Assembly: GCA_013115125.1 (NCBI GenBank)
Contig: JABANN010000001.1
Coordinates: 186,001-250,000, forward strand
DNA: 64,000 nucleotides
From: Perkinsus olseni
Taxonomy: Eukaryota
Reading direction: 5' to 3'
Of this stretch, positions 49,432 through 62,924 are shown piece by piece (the stretch's first letter is position 1; each line of letters begins with the position of its first letter). The notes beneath the pieces are model-generated. The model was given only the letters and a program-made list of their open reading frames with translations, was not told the origin of the DNA and searched no databases. The translations under genes were made by a program, and so were the position numbers.

Positions 49432-52400
49432 ATGAGCAGGAGATCTGTGTTAAGCATGTCCAGAGATCAGATTCACGTCTCAGCTGAGTACACGGCTCTC
49501 GAGGGGAAGATTGAGTAGTAGTAGTAGTGGTGGTGGCAGTAGGCCGTACTGTTTATGCGTTGCCAGGCATGTCGAGAGGGTCTGTCGGATAGAGCTCGAG
49601 CAGCATACGAGGAAGTGCCGAGCTGAGCTGACCGAGAGAATCGACGATGTGGTCAGCTACATTGCGAGGAATCTCAGCAGGTAGTGGTGAGGCCTGGAGG
49701 TCGCGTGGTCATGGGTGGGGGTATCTTAGCGACTCTCGCCACAGCTCGGCAAGGTTGAAAGATATCACTACCGACATGGCCGCTGTGAAGGCTGATTTGA
49801 AGAAGTCTGCTGGTCTCAAGGAAGCTGTTGAGAATCTCACTGAAGTACCTGATTTGCTCTTGTCCTCTCCTGAGAGTTGCCGCCTTGCCCCCTAGAAAAT
49901 GCAGGCAATGCAGTCCGACCTCGATTCGATGGCTCGGAGAGGAGGTGGTTGCAGCTCAAGGTGGGGAGAGGCGGCCTTTGGCAGCGAGAACCGGCCCGTA
50001 CAGGTCTCGGTCCGGTGGGCAAGGGAAAATTCCTACCCTGGAGTCAGTAGAAGGCCACAAGGACCTTAAAATTGTCATAGGTGGTCATGCCTTCCTCTCT
50101 GAGCCACCGCATGATCGCCTGGCTTGCGGTGTTTCATAAATGCGAGTCTGACTCAATCAAACCATTAGTTATAGTACACCGGTACAATTGGTTGGTTGGT
50201 CAGATGAGTGCTTGAATCTGACTAAGCGAGTGAAGGCGTTGGAGAGGGGCCGGTATGGCGGTACTGGTGGCGGCGGACATTCGTCAAGGGCGTCTCATCA
50301 TGCTGTCCCTGAGGAGCCTGGTAGTTGACGTTCGGTCTCTCGCTGCTTGTCGTAGCTAGAGGTGTCAGAATCGGAGATTCGAGCCCTCGGTGAGGAGGTA
50401 AGGCAGTGCTTAGCTGCCACTGTGGATCTGAGGCGGTACATAGACTCTGGTGAGGACTCGCTGTCCTGGTCGCTTTCTGAGAGGCACGTTTATTGTCTCA
50501 GCGATCACTAGAGTAGATAACAGACTCAGTGCGTTCGAGAGGTCTGCGTTTCGCCCGACTACGCCTGTCGGGATGGACACCCCCAGCACGCTGCCCGCTA
50601 CCATCCCTGAGGGTAGGGCCGAGGGCAAACGCGAGTTGCCGAGGCCATCTTTCTGACCGAAGGAACGGCGCTGTTTCGGTCTTTCACGTTGGAGTGCATC
50701 GAGCATCCTCTGGCTATTGATCGCCCATCCTTGCCGCTGTCGACTGACGTGGTCTGCAGTTACCGACTTGCAGTCGGCCTTCCAGTCCCTGAGTGAGCAG
50801 GTCGCGGAGGTAAAGTCAGTTCGAGAGGATATGTCTCACAGGCTGGTGGTGGTAGAACGAGCTGTGGATGACGCTGGTAGTGGGGGACCTGGCACTGGGG
50901 GAGGACCTCAGTCGACAGGCACCGCTAGTCGGCAAGTTGATTCTACTCTGAGGAGCCTAGGAGAGGGCTTGGAGGTGGGCGCCTGCTGCACTGCCTCCTG
51001 CAGCGGTTGCATGAGGTCCATCTTAGAGGAATCAGGAGCAGTTGGTGATACTACGGGAGAACCTGGCAGAAACCAGGAGGGTTGTGTCGGAGGTTGGCCA
51101 AGCGGCGCGCTGAGGTCGTTACCTGTCTTCGCCTTCAGTCTGTCGCGGCTGACTCGCCCCAGCTAGTATCTAGAGTCACCGCGCTGTGCGAGGACCGAGG
51201 TGGGTGTCGTGCTCTCATATGCTCCCCTCCAAGTTCTCTGTCCTGATCGCCTGAGATCGGCTGCTGGTCGGAAGATTTCTCGGTTGGGTGCCGTCTTCAG
51301 TGTCCGCTCTGGCCGACTCCCTCCTCCAGCGTCCCGAGGTATCGGACAGATTCCATCGGATTGAGGCAAAAGTGAGCAGAGGTGACAAGAGTCAGTGGAA
51401 ACGGTGATCTCGAGGACTGCATCAAGTGACCATCAGATATAGCAAGTCGGTATGAGCCTCTCACGAGGTCCCTGGACATGCTTAAGGAGGTTGGGCCTGG
51501 GGTATAGTCAGCGTCGGTCATGGAGGTCTTAGGTGGTCCGCCAGAGGGATGATAGGCAGGCTGAATTTGATCGACAGCTGCGAGAACAGAAGGCTAATTT
51601 GAGTAGGATGGGACTTGGGTGCGTGCATCCTCGGTTACTGTGATGGTGAGGGTATAGGCGGGAGAGGCAGTCTCGATGGTGCTTGCTCACTTCCGTCGAC
51701 AGGAGGCGATTGTCCTTGTCACTTGCACGGGATCTCGGTGATGTAGCGAGGAGAGAGACGTCAGATACGGTCACAAGGGCACTAGGGGAGTTCAAGGAGG
51801 AAATGACAACGTTGAGATCGGCCCGGTCGCGAGAGGAAGATGAGTTTAAGGCTGATATTACGGATCTTAGGCTCAGCTTAGGTGGGGAACAAAAGGCCAC
51901 ACTGTGGCCGCCACAGTGGTTTGGAATGAGAGGGTGGGGGGTCTGCGTAGGTGCATTGGAGAGGAAATGCGAGATGAAGATCGAGCAGAAGCTAGAAGGG
52001 GTGCAGAGGAAGGGGAGGGAACTGGACAAGATCATAGCGACATCACGGAAGTGGATGGAGGAGGGTGTACAAGCGAACAAGGTAGTGGCAGAGGCCACGC
52101 TCACCGTGAGGGAACCGGCCGCCGGGTGCAGGCCTCGATGGATGCCATGCTCCGGCAGAAGGCTGATGAGCTTCAACAGCGCGAGGAAAAGCTGCTGGCA
52201 GATTGCCGAGCGGCTTCGGAGGGAATCGAGATGTCGACTCATGAGTTGGTCCAAAAGAACAGGTCTGAGATACTCGCGGAAGTCCATCTGGAGATCATGG
52301 AAGTGGAAAGGAAGCTTTCAACCTGTGCGGCAGGAAAGAAGGAGGAGATTGCCGGGGTTGAGGAGCGTCTAGGGAAGCTAGAAGGGGAAGTGAAGAAGAG

Positions 52401-55400
52401 AAGAACATCTGGTAGTGATGCGAGTGGGTGGTACCGTCTTCCAGTGTATGAGCAGTGCGAAGAGAGCGCAGGGAATGGATGGGACTGAGTGGTGTTCCTG
52501 CAATACAGTTGTCCTCATAGGGACTAGACTGCGCGAGGATGAACTTATCGCAAGATGTACAACTGAGTCTGAATTAGTTCCTGGCTGAAGGCCGGCGTCT
52601 TCCGTAGGAGGTCTCGAGTGGATGGCTCGAATATGTTAGGAATACGTCAGAAATCATGGAGTGTTGTATACCGCTAGCATCCAATCAGCTGATGGATCGA
52701 GGGTCCTCTGTCAGGTCATCCGAGCAGCGGTAGAGTGGTGACCATCACTACTTCAACTCCATCACTGGGTGATGACCCTTCCAGTAGCGAGGACAGCTAC
52801 GATGAGATGCAGCGGGATATCAAATACGATCACATCTGTACAGGCTACGCCTCTTCCCAGGGTGGGTGGCAGTCATGCGTCCGACAGGTTCCCGTTTGGA
52901 TAAGTTGGAGAAAATAGCCCCTCGGGTATCCCAGGCGGAAGCGGCCGTAGAGAGGCTTACTCAGGGTCAGGTGGGTCGTCGCCATCGGGCTTGCAGCAGA
53001 GGGCGTGTCTCACAGTGAACTTCAGAGTCAACTTTCGGATGCAGTCAGCGCGGAGATTGCGTCGTCAAGCTCTGTTCTGAGGGATGAGGTGGAGAAGCTC
53101 GGAGGGGATGCCTGGGAAGGGATCAACTCGGTGAAGGAAGCCCTTGCTGGGGTGTCGGAGCAGCTCGGTGGTGTTCTGTCGGATCGGTCGAAGCTGGATG
53201 GCGTGGGGGAGGAGCTTCGACGGGTGGCTGATGAGGTTCGGAGGCTGAAGGAAAGAGGAGTCGCTCGGGAAGAGTTTGAGAACTGCATGACTGATGTTGA
53301 TGCTGGGCGGGCGAGAATTGAAGACAGAGTACGGGAGATGTCGAGCGCACTGCAGGCACTAGAATCGAAGCTGGAGGCAGTCAGGAGCCGTGTGAATGAA
53401 GAAGGGCTCGTTGAGGCTGTTAAGGAGCTCAGAGTATCGACCAAGGAGTGGGCTAGGAGAACCGAGGAAGTAGAAGAGAGAGTGACTAACCTAGCGGGAA
53501 ACTTGGGTGAGGGCATCAGAGCTTTGGAACGTCGCGCGGACTCGGTGGAGGCTGTGGAGCAGAGGATAGGCGGTGCCGTTGAGAGGGTGGAAGGAGAAGT
53601 CGTGGCGCTGAGGCGAAGTGTGGCGGAGGTCTCTGGACTACAGTCGAGTGTTGAGGAGATGTCAGACTTCCTTAGCAAGTTCCCGAGGGACGGGTTCAAG
53701 GAGGATGCTCAGCGAAGCATAGATGGGTTGAAGAGCGGGCTGGCTGAGGTTAGGGTGGAGATGGAGGAGATGAAGGGATTGCGGCATGAAATTGGGAGGA
53801 TGGGGGAGGTGGAAAGTCGACTGGGCCACGTGGAAGCCAATGTAGAGTGGGTAGACGAGGAACTGAACTCCCATAAGAAGACTCTCGAAGGGGTCGATGG
53901 GGAACTGGTTTCGAACAGGAAGGCCTTGGAAGGGTAGTGGTAGAGTCTTCGTGGCGGAGTAGTCGGACGCTGCTTGCTTAGATTGACTGTAGCAGTTGGG
54001 AAGATAGAGGAGGGAGCAAGGATAGCAAGAGAGGCCGAGCCTCTGCAGGAAGTGGATGAAAGTTTAAGTAAGCTGCGAGGCATCGGCTCAACGCTGCGAA
54101 CCTATGGAGTAGAGTACAGTAGGGTCAGGAGGCATTGTCCTTCCCTCCTTGAAGACCCAACGAGGATGCTCCTGAGTAGAACCCTGAGTTTGAATGGCTG
54201 TTGAAACGGCAGTCTCAGAGCCCCACTCATAGTGTTCATCATCAGCGTCTTGGCGGGACCAAGTTTCGGTGAGGCTGTCAGTAATACTGACTCAGTATTG
54301 TCCTTAGGGGAACGACTCCAGGAGCTGGAAGACTCTGTGACGGAGTTGATGGCCTTGCTGGGGGTGGTTGACGACTTGGCCAAGAATCAGGTAGTGCTCG
54401 GAACGCGCTGCCATGTCTCGTCCGCCCCACTGGAACGGCTACTGCTCCTATCAATCGCTATCAATCGTTCACCCGCTATGGCTTCGGGCCAACCACATGA
54501 GTCACGGTCTTCATCAGACTACGACATACTGCTGTTGCACATCATCTACTATGCCCTGTCTTGGTTGCGAGCGTCTTACCTGTCCAATTTCAGACGGAGA
54601 TGCGCAAGACGCTGCAAGGCAGATGTGATAAACAGGCGGCCGAGATGGCAGAGGAGATAAGGAGGATGGGAGACAGAGGGGATGAGGGGGCCAAGGAAAT
54701 AGAGAAACTGAAGGGTATTGTCGGTGAATTGGAAGAGAAGTTTGGGGCTGCAGTGGGTGGGCGGCCTGTGGGGAGGTGGCGTGAGGAGATCGAGGATGTG
54801 CGCAAGAAGATGGATGAGCTGAGGGATGAGTTTGGCACTGATCGGCTGAGCTTGGAGGAGGTTGTTGATGCCGTCAAGGAGGTGCAGAAGCGGTTGGATG
54901 GGGCTACAGTGGAGAAAGAGAAGTGGCCAACAGGGCTGCTTGGCACGCACTGCGATAGAGACAGTATCCTCAGGTTGGCCGCAGTTAGTCCGGCTGGTGG
55001 AGCAGGCCGCAAGGGGAAGGAGCTGGCTGCAATGAAGGCCCAGGTGGCTGGGTTGAACGCTCGGAAACACTGTGATTCTGGGTGGCAGGCGAGAGAGCTG
55101 CAGGAAGCCATCAGCGGATCGCAGGAGCGTGTAGAGGAGCTGATCGAGAGGAAGCTAGAGGCGCTGCAGACTGAGCTGGTCGAGCGTGATGTAGGGCTTC
55201 CGATCAGAACGTTCTGGGGAATGACTCGGTGCCTGCACAGTCGGAGTGGCAGAGGATGGTAGAGGAACAAGTGTCGGAGGCGTTGGATCATATAGGAGAG
55301 AATATCGATCCCGAGGTGAACCGGCTGGTAGTAGTAGTAGTTGCCTTTCTGCTTTGGCCACGGTGAGAGAACCCGTGGTCAGTCGGCAACACTTGGTGGG

Positions 55401-56074
55401 GTGGTAGAGAGGTTGGGCGCCGCAGAAACCTCCGCTGCGGAGGGACTGGAGCAGTTGAGGACAGAAGTGGACCTGCTCACGGGAAGGATGGGGGAGATCA
55501 TGCAAGAGGTAATACGGAAAGTGGGCATTCGTCGAAGGCAGCGCTTGCTGCGTCCATGGCTTGGTAAGCGAGGAGCTTCGTCAGGCACGACCTGCAGGAG
55601 ACAGGGCGGATGTTAGTGAACTGGCTGATCGGTTGAAAGCTTGTGAGGGAGCCCTGGAGAAGACCGTACGTCTTGCTAATGAATGCCTCCCGTCGGCTGA
55701 TGGTGAGTACTTTGAACAGGTAGAGAGTGTTGGAGAAGTCGAGGCCCTTAGGGGGGAACTCGACGAGGTAAGATACTCCTTGTGCGGATGGGGAGGGCTC
55801 GCCAGGGCAGTAGTGATGCTGTTACCAGATCTCCGCGGTGGTTGCTCGGCACGAATCATCGATCACTGCAGCAGGTGGATCTCCTCAAAGGCAACGGGCA
55901 GAGGGTGGGCTGAATTTCTAGTTGGAGGCTTTCCGAGGTGGCGATGCGTTTTCATCAGCTAGTACTGGAGACCAGCAGGCCACTATCTTGGAGATGCAGA
56001 ACGCTATACAAATGGTGGGCTCCTCCTTATGAACGCTCGCGGGCTATCTTGCGGCAGCTTGCCGGACAAGGTTA
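49432..56074 (+). CDS. Large coiled-coil protein, many exons
   Basis: Long Glu/Arg/Leu-rich heptad exons (53005-53937, 51949-52400, 54593-54920 and others) separated by short GT-AG introns. No enzymatic motif seen and the ends are approximate. Confidence 0.7.
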
Positions 56075-56135
56075 ACGGGTCGAACTCCTCAGACTAGCTG
56101 TTTATGAAATTTCAATTTTTCTGTCAGCACTTGAA

Positions 56136-56880
56136 TTGGCTCTCTCGTTTGACGTCTGTTCGTTCGTTTTTGAGAGCACAGTTCATACCCTCGCGGACTG
56201 GTGGAACTCTCACCGTGGGAGTCATCGCTTCGATAGGAGCTTTCTATTAGGAAGAGCCCGTGGCCCCTTCCGAAGGGAAGATTTGTATGATCTTATCCAG
56301 CGTAGGTACACTCGAGGATGTGTAGACTAGCCAGTGCCATACGGGAGCTCTACTCCGACTGTCGTACTTCGTTATCGACTAACTTCCCGGAGGCAGCTGA
56401 GGCCCTACAGGTGGGACAGCCGCTGACCCCTCGGGAGGGGCTACCTGATGAGGCTTGGCTGTGGCAGGGAGGACTGAGGATTCCAGAGTGGACGGATGAC
56501 AGCCTTTTGGCCAACATTAGTCATCCGAATAGGTAGGACGGCGGAGGACGCGGGAAGTGTTCGGGAGAATTTCTAGCGAAATTATGGTACGACTTGGGAG
56601 CGGTGGTAGGGGAATTATTCCCCGGGAATACTCTTCGCTTTGTGAATTGACTGAGTGGGCGGTAAGATCCTGCGTTGCCCTTTACTGTCATGGCGTACAG
56701 GACGACTGCAATAACATCGCCAGCTGCATCACTCCGTGGGTCACCGCTACAGCACTACGCCAGTCGCCGGAGCAGCCCTCAGCGGAGAATCACTCCGAGC
56801 CCGAAGAGGCCTCCTACTCCTGGCAGCGGCTGGCGGTCGTGACGAGCACCATACCGATGGCAATCGACTTTTGTAATTAG
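56136..56880 (+). CDS. Hypothetical multi-exon protein
   Basis: Open segments LASAIRELYSDC...EALQ / GLRIPEWTDDSLL / DDCNNIASCITPW...AIDFCN-stop with GT-AG gaps. Confidence 0.4.
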
Positions 56881-57009
56881 CCGCCCCTTGGGAGGCCCCA
56901 TGGTGTATCATACGACTGCATCATTTCGTCGTTCGTTGTCATCGTTGTGTTGGTTACTGGGTGATGGGTGACGACTGCTTGCAGTGGCTGCAAAATAATA
57001 TTATTAATG

Positions 57010-58232
57010 GATGGATAGGACTAGGATGGAAAGTAAGGATAAGCAACAGGCGGAGGAGAGGAGGGCTTCCTTCGTCCAACGGGTAGTATCCGAAGGGAGG
57101 ATGGTCACTCCTAACACTCGGCTCTCCAGCAGGGCTCGGCCTTTATTGAGACGGTCAGGGTCGGCTCTCTATTGAATGGTTCCATGTTGTAGATCCTCTG
57201 TGCCGGGCTGCCTGTTCTCCTCTCTAATCCGGATGGCTCCCTCTCGGAAGGCCATCCATGTGGTTATCGAGATCCGACGCCCCCTCGTACGCCTAGGGAT
57301 GGTTTCTTAACCGCAGCGGATATATCAGCAAGGTGAGGACAACCTCTCCTTTCGACTGGGCCATCTCCTTGAAGCGGACATCGAAAGGTCGGCTTGGTCG
57401 GGGGGCATCGTCGTCATCATCAGGCTCTTCGGTGACGTGCTGGGTAGCGGCGACCCGACTGTTGTTGCCGAGGAGATCACCGTATTGTATGAGCGTCATA
57501 GGACGGCTTTTGCCATCCTTCTGGTGGTGCAAGCGGTGAGCTCCCCTCCCCTCAGTGGCCCGGGTACTCGTTGGTTGGACGTCAGGTTTTACAAGGGCTC
57601 TTCTCAGCTTATCATATCACCCACGGTTCTCTCGCCATCCATGACCTCACCGCGATGTAGACCATCCGCCGCTGAGTTCGGAATCCCCACACGCTTTGTA
57701 GGTATCGGTCATCCTCCCATCATTTGATGAGCATCATCTTCTGGTCTCTAGTGGGAGCCGAGATCGTCTACACGGTAGTCTACCTAGGGATCGGCTGTTG
57801 GAGTCTCTACACTCACAAGGCTAAGCACTACGCTTACTTCTCTACTTGGTGTCTCACGGGTAAGGAGGCCTCTGCTAATACCACTCCTTCAACACATCAT
57901 TCCTCGATCTTTCCAGGGATTGTTGGACATGTGCTTCTGGCGTACGCCAATCAATTTAATCTTCTCATCTTCTTCTTGAGGCTCATCAGCTACATCTATG
58001 GGAAGTGAGTTCATCTCCCCGATCAGGTCGCCGCAGTTGTTGTGTTTTCGTCACCTTCCCAGAAGGCCGTACCACAATTTTTTATGTCAGGTTTTTGAGG
58101 GATATAGTAGTAGGTATGATGCTGCTGCCGGCGGCGGCGACACACCATCCATCATCCTACATTGACGACCCTTATGACCATCACACACCCGAGAGTTTGA
58201 CACCTACATCACTGGGAAGTTTGGGCGTTTGA
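57010..58232 (+). CDS. Hypothetical multi-pass membrane protein
   Basis: Hydrophobic exons AFAILLVVQA, IIFWSLVGAEIVYTVVYLGIGCWSLY and GHVLLAYANQFNLLIFFLRLISYIYG. Confidence 0.55.
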
Positions 58233-58660
58233 ATCGCAGGACTTGTCTTACCATGAACACTCTTCCTCCTGTTGAATTTATACTAGTGTCAATACAGTAG
58301 ATGAGACTCATATGGTTGTGGGCTTCTCGGGACTCAGGTGTTTCGAGGGTGGGATCGTTGTCCATTGTGACTAGCGCCCTCATACGGGTGCCATTCCCCT
58401 GAGATCTTTACCTTTTGAAATCGGAAGGTCGAATGGCTGCTGTCAATGGCGGTCTCGGGAGCGACATTTGTGATGGGAGAAATATTCTGCTGGCATAGAT
58501 CCATCTGGATAGTGCGCGGGTCTAATGACCTGACCTCTCACTTTGATGGAATTGTGGAGCTCTCGACATCTCCGTTCCGGCGGTTGTGCTGTTGGTCGGC
58601 TTTCCCGCGGCTGCGCTTCGGTCGAGTTTCCCTTAAAGCCACGACTCAGTTCATTTACTA

Positions 58661-60163
58661 ATGATTATAAATAATTACTCGCCTCCGTTCCGGACTTCTC
58701 GGAATCTCCAACTCGACCGTCAGCCGACGCTTGAGGACGGCGATGGGAAGTTGCCGAGATATCGAGAAGGGGAGTGTGTCGAGTATTATAGTACGACATA
58801 CGCCCGGTGGGTCCGCACCACGGTAACGAAGGTGGTCAACCATAATGATGAGCTTACCTACGATTTAGAAGTGAAGTCCAATGCTCGCACGAATAGAATC
58901 CGAGCACTGAGCCCTCGAGTATCAGGGAAGGGTGATGATGACGGCGAGACGCGAGAGGAGACAGGCGAGTACCGCGTTAATGACGGGGTTCGGTATTACA
59001 GCCTGACGCATGACCGATGGGTGGACGCTACTGTGGTGGGCCTCTGTGATGATCCTGGATATGTTGACTTGGATGTCAAACGAAGAGCGAACAAAAGTAA
59101 GATACGCAGGAAGAATTGGTCGCCGGCCGACGAAGTGAGGTTGGATGACGCTGTTACTCCGGCGAGGGCGAGGGCAGCGTCGGGCGGCTCAGGATCGGCT
59201 CGACAGCAAAAACCGCCTACAGCCGGTCTGGTGTCGAGAAAGCGGCTGACGATGCCCGGAAGGAACTCCTCTTCGTTCAACCCAAATGATTGCTTCTCGC
59301 TGCTGGTCACCGAGTTGGGCCTTCAGGGTAGTGGTGATATCATCAGTATCACTTCCATGAGGGGGTTCACTGGTGGAATGAACAGCGGCATTTGGTTTGT
59401 CAAGGTTAACGGTGCGAATAAGTTGTGTTTGAAGCTGGTCTCGGCGCAGCGCAAATGCGCGCAACTGCCGACGGAAGCTGGTAACTACACAGACCTGGCC
59501 AAACGGTATCCCTACCTGCTGTCTCGGTCTACCCTGGGCGGTCTATTGGCGTTCCCAGTGAAGATCTTCGACGTCGCCGCGGCGCCCTCGACCGGTTCAT
59601 CTCGCGTGCTCTTCAATCTCATAGCGATGCCGGTGGCAAGAGGCGTCCGGTTGGCCGAGATTCTGGGTCGGAAGGTGCATGCGCGAGAGGACAACTCGCG
59701 GATACTGGAAGAGGTCGGGCGCCAGCTGCGACGCTTTCATGAGCGTATCAATGGTACGTCGGGTAGGCTGGAGGTTCAGCATACGGACTTCCAGCCTTGT
59801 AATATCTTTGTTGACGAGCCCAACCTCGGTAGGGGAGACAATGGTGGCGTCACGTTCGTTGATCTGGGCGGGATGGGCGTGTCGGTTAAGGAGGGCGACT
59901 ACGAGCATTTCGTGAAGTCCCTGACACTGCTGGGCCAAACGTATGGTCAGGAGTTCGTACGGATGTCTGTGAAAGCCTTCACGGAAGGATACGGCAGCAA
60001 TGCGCGTGGACAGCGCGGAGGTGGAGCTCAAGGGTCGTTGGAATTACCTCTCCGTCATCAGCATGCGACCTGGATTCATCCCAAAGTTAGCACAGCAGGA
60101 CGTGTCATCTCTACAGCTAGCAGTCCATCCTATCGGATCACTCGAGCAGGTAGTCGGGTGTAG
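58661..60163 (+). CDS. Intronless protein: two Tudor/Agenet-like repeats plus an atypical (APH/choline-kinase-like) kinase domain
   Basis: 500-aa ORF. Repeats YREGECVEYYSTTYARW...YDLEVK and YRVNDGVRYYSLTHDRW...VDLDVK. Kinase motifs GGMNSGIW, LCLKLV, GRQLRRFH, HTDFQPCNIFV and FVDLG. Confidence 0.75.
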   Translation: MIINNYSPPFRTSRNLQLDRQPTLEDGDGKLPRYREGECVEYYSTTYARWVRTTVTKVVNHNDELTYDLEVKSNARTNRIRALSPRVSGKGDDDGETREETGEYRVNDGVRYYSLTHDRWVDATVVGLCDDPGYVDLDVKRRANKSKIRRKNWSPADEVRLDDAVTPARARAASGGSGSARQQKPPTAGLVSRKRLTMPGRNSSSFNPNDCFSLLVTELGLQGSGDIISITSMRGFTGGMNSGIWFVKVNGANKLCLKLVSAQRKCAQLPTEAGNYTDLAKRYPYLLSRSTLGGLLAFPVKIFDVAAAPSTGSSRVLFNLIAMPVARGVRLAEILGRKVHAREDNSRILEEVGRQLRRFHERINGTSGRLEVQHTDFQPCNIFVDEPNLGRGDNGGVTFVDLGGMGVSVKEGDYEHFVKSLTLLGQTYGQEFVRMSVKAFTEGYGSNARGQRGGGAQGSLELPLRHQHATWIHPKVSTAGRVISTASSPSYRITRAGSRV

Positions 60164-61553
60164 TGTCAGGACTGCAATCTCTATTGTGCTCGGAATTCGC
60201 GCGTGGCATTGATTTTGTGTGTCCTGACATGGCGGACTCTGTAGTGTCTGACCCTTTGCTTCAAAGTCCTCTCCACGTTCGGCGTACGACCGAAGTACAT
60301 TGATTATTGTGGTAGAGGCGTACGACTTTCATGAGCTCTATGAGACGTTTTGGAACGACACTAGAGTTGCATCTTCAGATCATCACCATCATCGTCATCA
60401 TCATGCAGCTGTTCGACGCGGCAGCCCCTCATGAGTCGGCCCAGATTGAGGTCTCCCATCGCTGTCGTCATACCCTCTAATGGAGCGTTCTGTTGTATCA
60501 TTGAATACGCTGTTGAGCTTCAATTGAGCTTTTCTATTCATACCATGTCGCGTATATCCAGTACACAGCGACGGGCCTGGGGCTTGCGGGTTGGCCCAGG
60601 GCCAATGGCCCTGCTGTTAAGAGACTCACTGATGGAGAACATAACGCCCGGGTTTTGCCATCTGGAATCCGATCTTTCACCTGCTATCTTCTGATCATCC
60701 GCCACCTAGTTTCAGCGTAGTTTCTGATCAGATAAAGATAGGATCAGCGATATGAGCATTACACTGCACCACTGTAATGCGCAAGCTAGTTCAGTGAATT
60801 TCTCTTCGAGCAGACTCTCAGCAGCACCCGGCCCCGCTGGAGTACGATTCGTCAGGGGAGCGAGCGCCGACCTTCTCCCGCTCCACGACCACCAGTCCGA
60901 CACGCCGGACCAAACTAACTGAACTAATCCCCATCAGAAAGGTACGTCGGTGCTAGTCTAACTAAGCCGTACTGTCGGCGTTGGACTTTGAACTCACACA
61001 CGCGCCGGACCATATTTCCAAGACCACCCGTCTGGGACTCAGCTGTATGCCAGATGTGAATCGTAAGAAAAAAAAGTGGACCGGTGGATTGATTGGTGCT
61101 AGCCTGCGACAACCACTAGCCTGTTGGGACTCGTGCTGAGACTCGAGATGCTTTTGCTGATGCTGATTCAGTTCTTAATCTGGCAGGTTTCTGGAGACAC
61201 CTGCAAACAATCTCTGTTCTCGAGCTTGTTGTTTAGCTAGCTTCTGAGTCTTGCTATGTTTGGTTGTATTGAAGTACCAAATACACTTCGCCACCTTCGT
61301 TGTGGACTACGACTTTTTCCCGCTGAGTAGTTCCAGATTTGTGCCACTTACTTCCTGGCTCACCATTTGTATGTTAGACAAGCGTAACGATTTCTAACGA
61401 CAAGACTTGTAACGGTGTACCGTCCGGTCCGCACCATCAATCCGCATGGCACTTATAATTTTTCATGGACGTGTCGCATGTCGCATGTCACATGCGAAGA
61501 ACTCTGAAGCAAGGTCGTTCGCCATATGCTAGTCTCGCTTTTCAATATGAGAT

Positions 61554-62924
61554 CTACAACGATGGGTGTGTGTAGGAGCTTGGAGTAACAGAGGCACGCT
61601 CGGTGTCGAGGAAACTCGAAGCTTGCACAAGGGAGTCACTAAACTGGTAACTCCAGGCAAGGTGTCTTGCGTTCGAGGCGAGGTTCGGCACGCGAAGGCA
61701 ATGAACTGTACCAACCTTACGCCTTGCCATAATATGGAAATCAGCGAACCATTCAACTCCATGACCACTCCCAGTCCGAGGATTCTCTATCGAGAGCTTA
61801 AGAACCTCCTCGCATTTACTAACGTCTCCTGTCTTTGCTGCACCTCTAAGCTCGAGTGCGAGCGTCACGCTACTTGTAACTTAAGACGTCATCTGTCTAA
61901 CGGGACATCACACATGAACACTACTGACAACTACAATTTCTCGAAGACAGGAAATGAACATGCTTCCGCTCTACTGGTCCGTACCTCTCTCCCAATCAGA
62001 GATGAGCTCGCCAACCTTACTATTCGCCCAAACATGAAAATCGAGGAACCATTGGACCCCTTTCTCGAAGTCACTCCGGGGGTTATTGGCCAAGATGTCG
62101 AAGATCTCCCTGCATTTCTCAGCGTCTCCTGCCGTAATTGGCAAGTAATCACGTATGTGCCTCAGAATTTCCCGATGTCTGTTTAAGTGGGCGAAGAGCG
62201 TGACGGGTGCAAAGTGCTGTTTAGCCTCCTGAAGGTTGCTGGTGACCGTGAGAGGAGAATGGTCAGGGGTGAAGCTAACGTCGAACTCCGTCAGATCGAT
62301 GTTGTACCTGAGAGAAGACGGCGATCAACCGACTCCTCAGTGGGAGTGCGCTAGACCACATCTAACGCTTAGAAAGAATGGACGGGTGCCGCCGAGAGTC
62401 CAGATTCCCTTTGCGAAGCGCGCTGCTGAACGGACCCGTTCGCGCCAATTTGTTACAGTTCCGAACAAATGTCCTCAGTGGCAATTGCTAGCGCGCGAGA
62501 ATGACTGCAAAGCCTTCTAAGTTGACTACTGATAAGGCTCATGGTAGAGGAATACACGTCACTAGTACACCCAGAAAAATGTCTGCCCGCTGCCACTTAC
62601 CCGACTCTGCATCTCAAGTAGTCTTCCGGACCTTGCGAGTACACAGTTTGGCGGATCGGGTTCGCACCTCTGTAACTTTGCTCGTGGAAGTAGAGAGAAA
62701 TAACCGTAAAGTTTCCGAACTTCCTAGTCCCCGAAGAGAGCTCGCACATGCCGTTCTCAACCCTGATGCGGCCTCCTAACTACATACAAAGGTAAGCAGA
62801 CGGGAAATTAGAGGTAGGCTAGGAGGACTCACTCTCTTCCTCGCACCGCCTGTCGCCGTACCCTCAACAAGCTTGGCAAGATCAGCCAAGGCCGCTGCAA
62901 CGATGATACGACGGGAAATGGTCA
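61554..62924 (-). CDS. Hypothetical, possibly secreted multi-exon protein
   Basis: Signal-like MTISRRIIVAAALA followed by a gtgagt donor and downstream open segments ending at 61554. Exon chain not resolved. Confidence 0.25.

Noticed and set aside
53028-55291. Long Ser/Leu-rich minus-strand ORFs
   Set aside because: Antisense shadows of the Glu/Arg-rich coiled-coil exons on the + strand.
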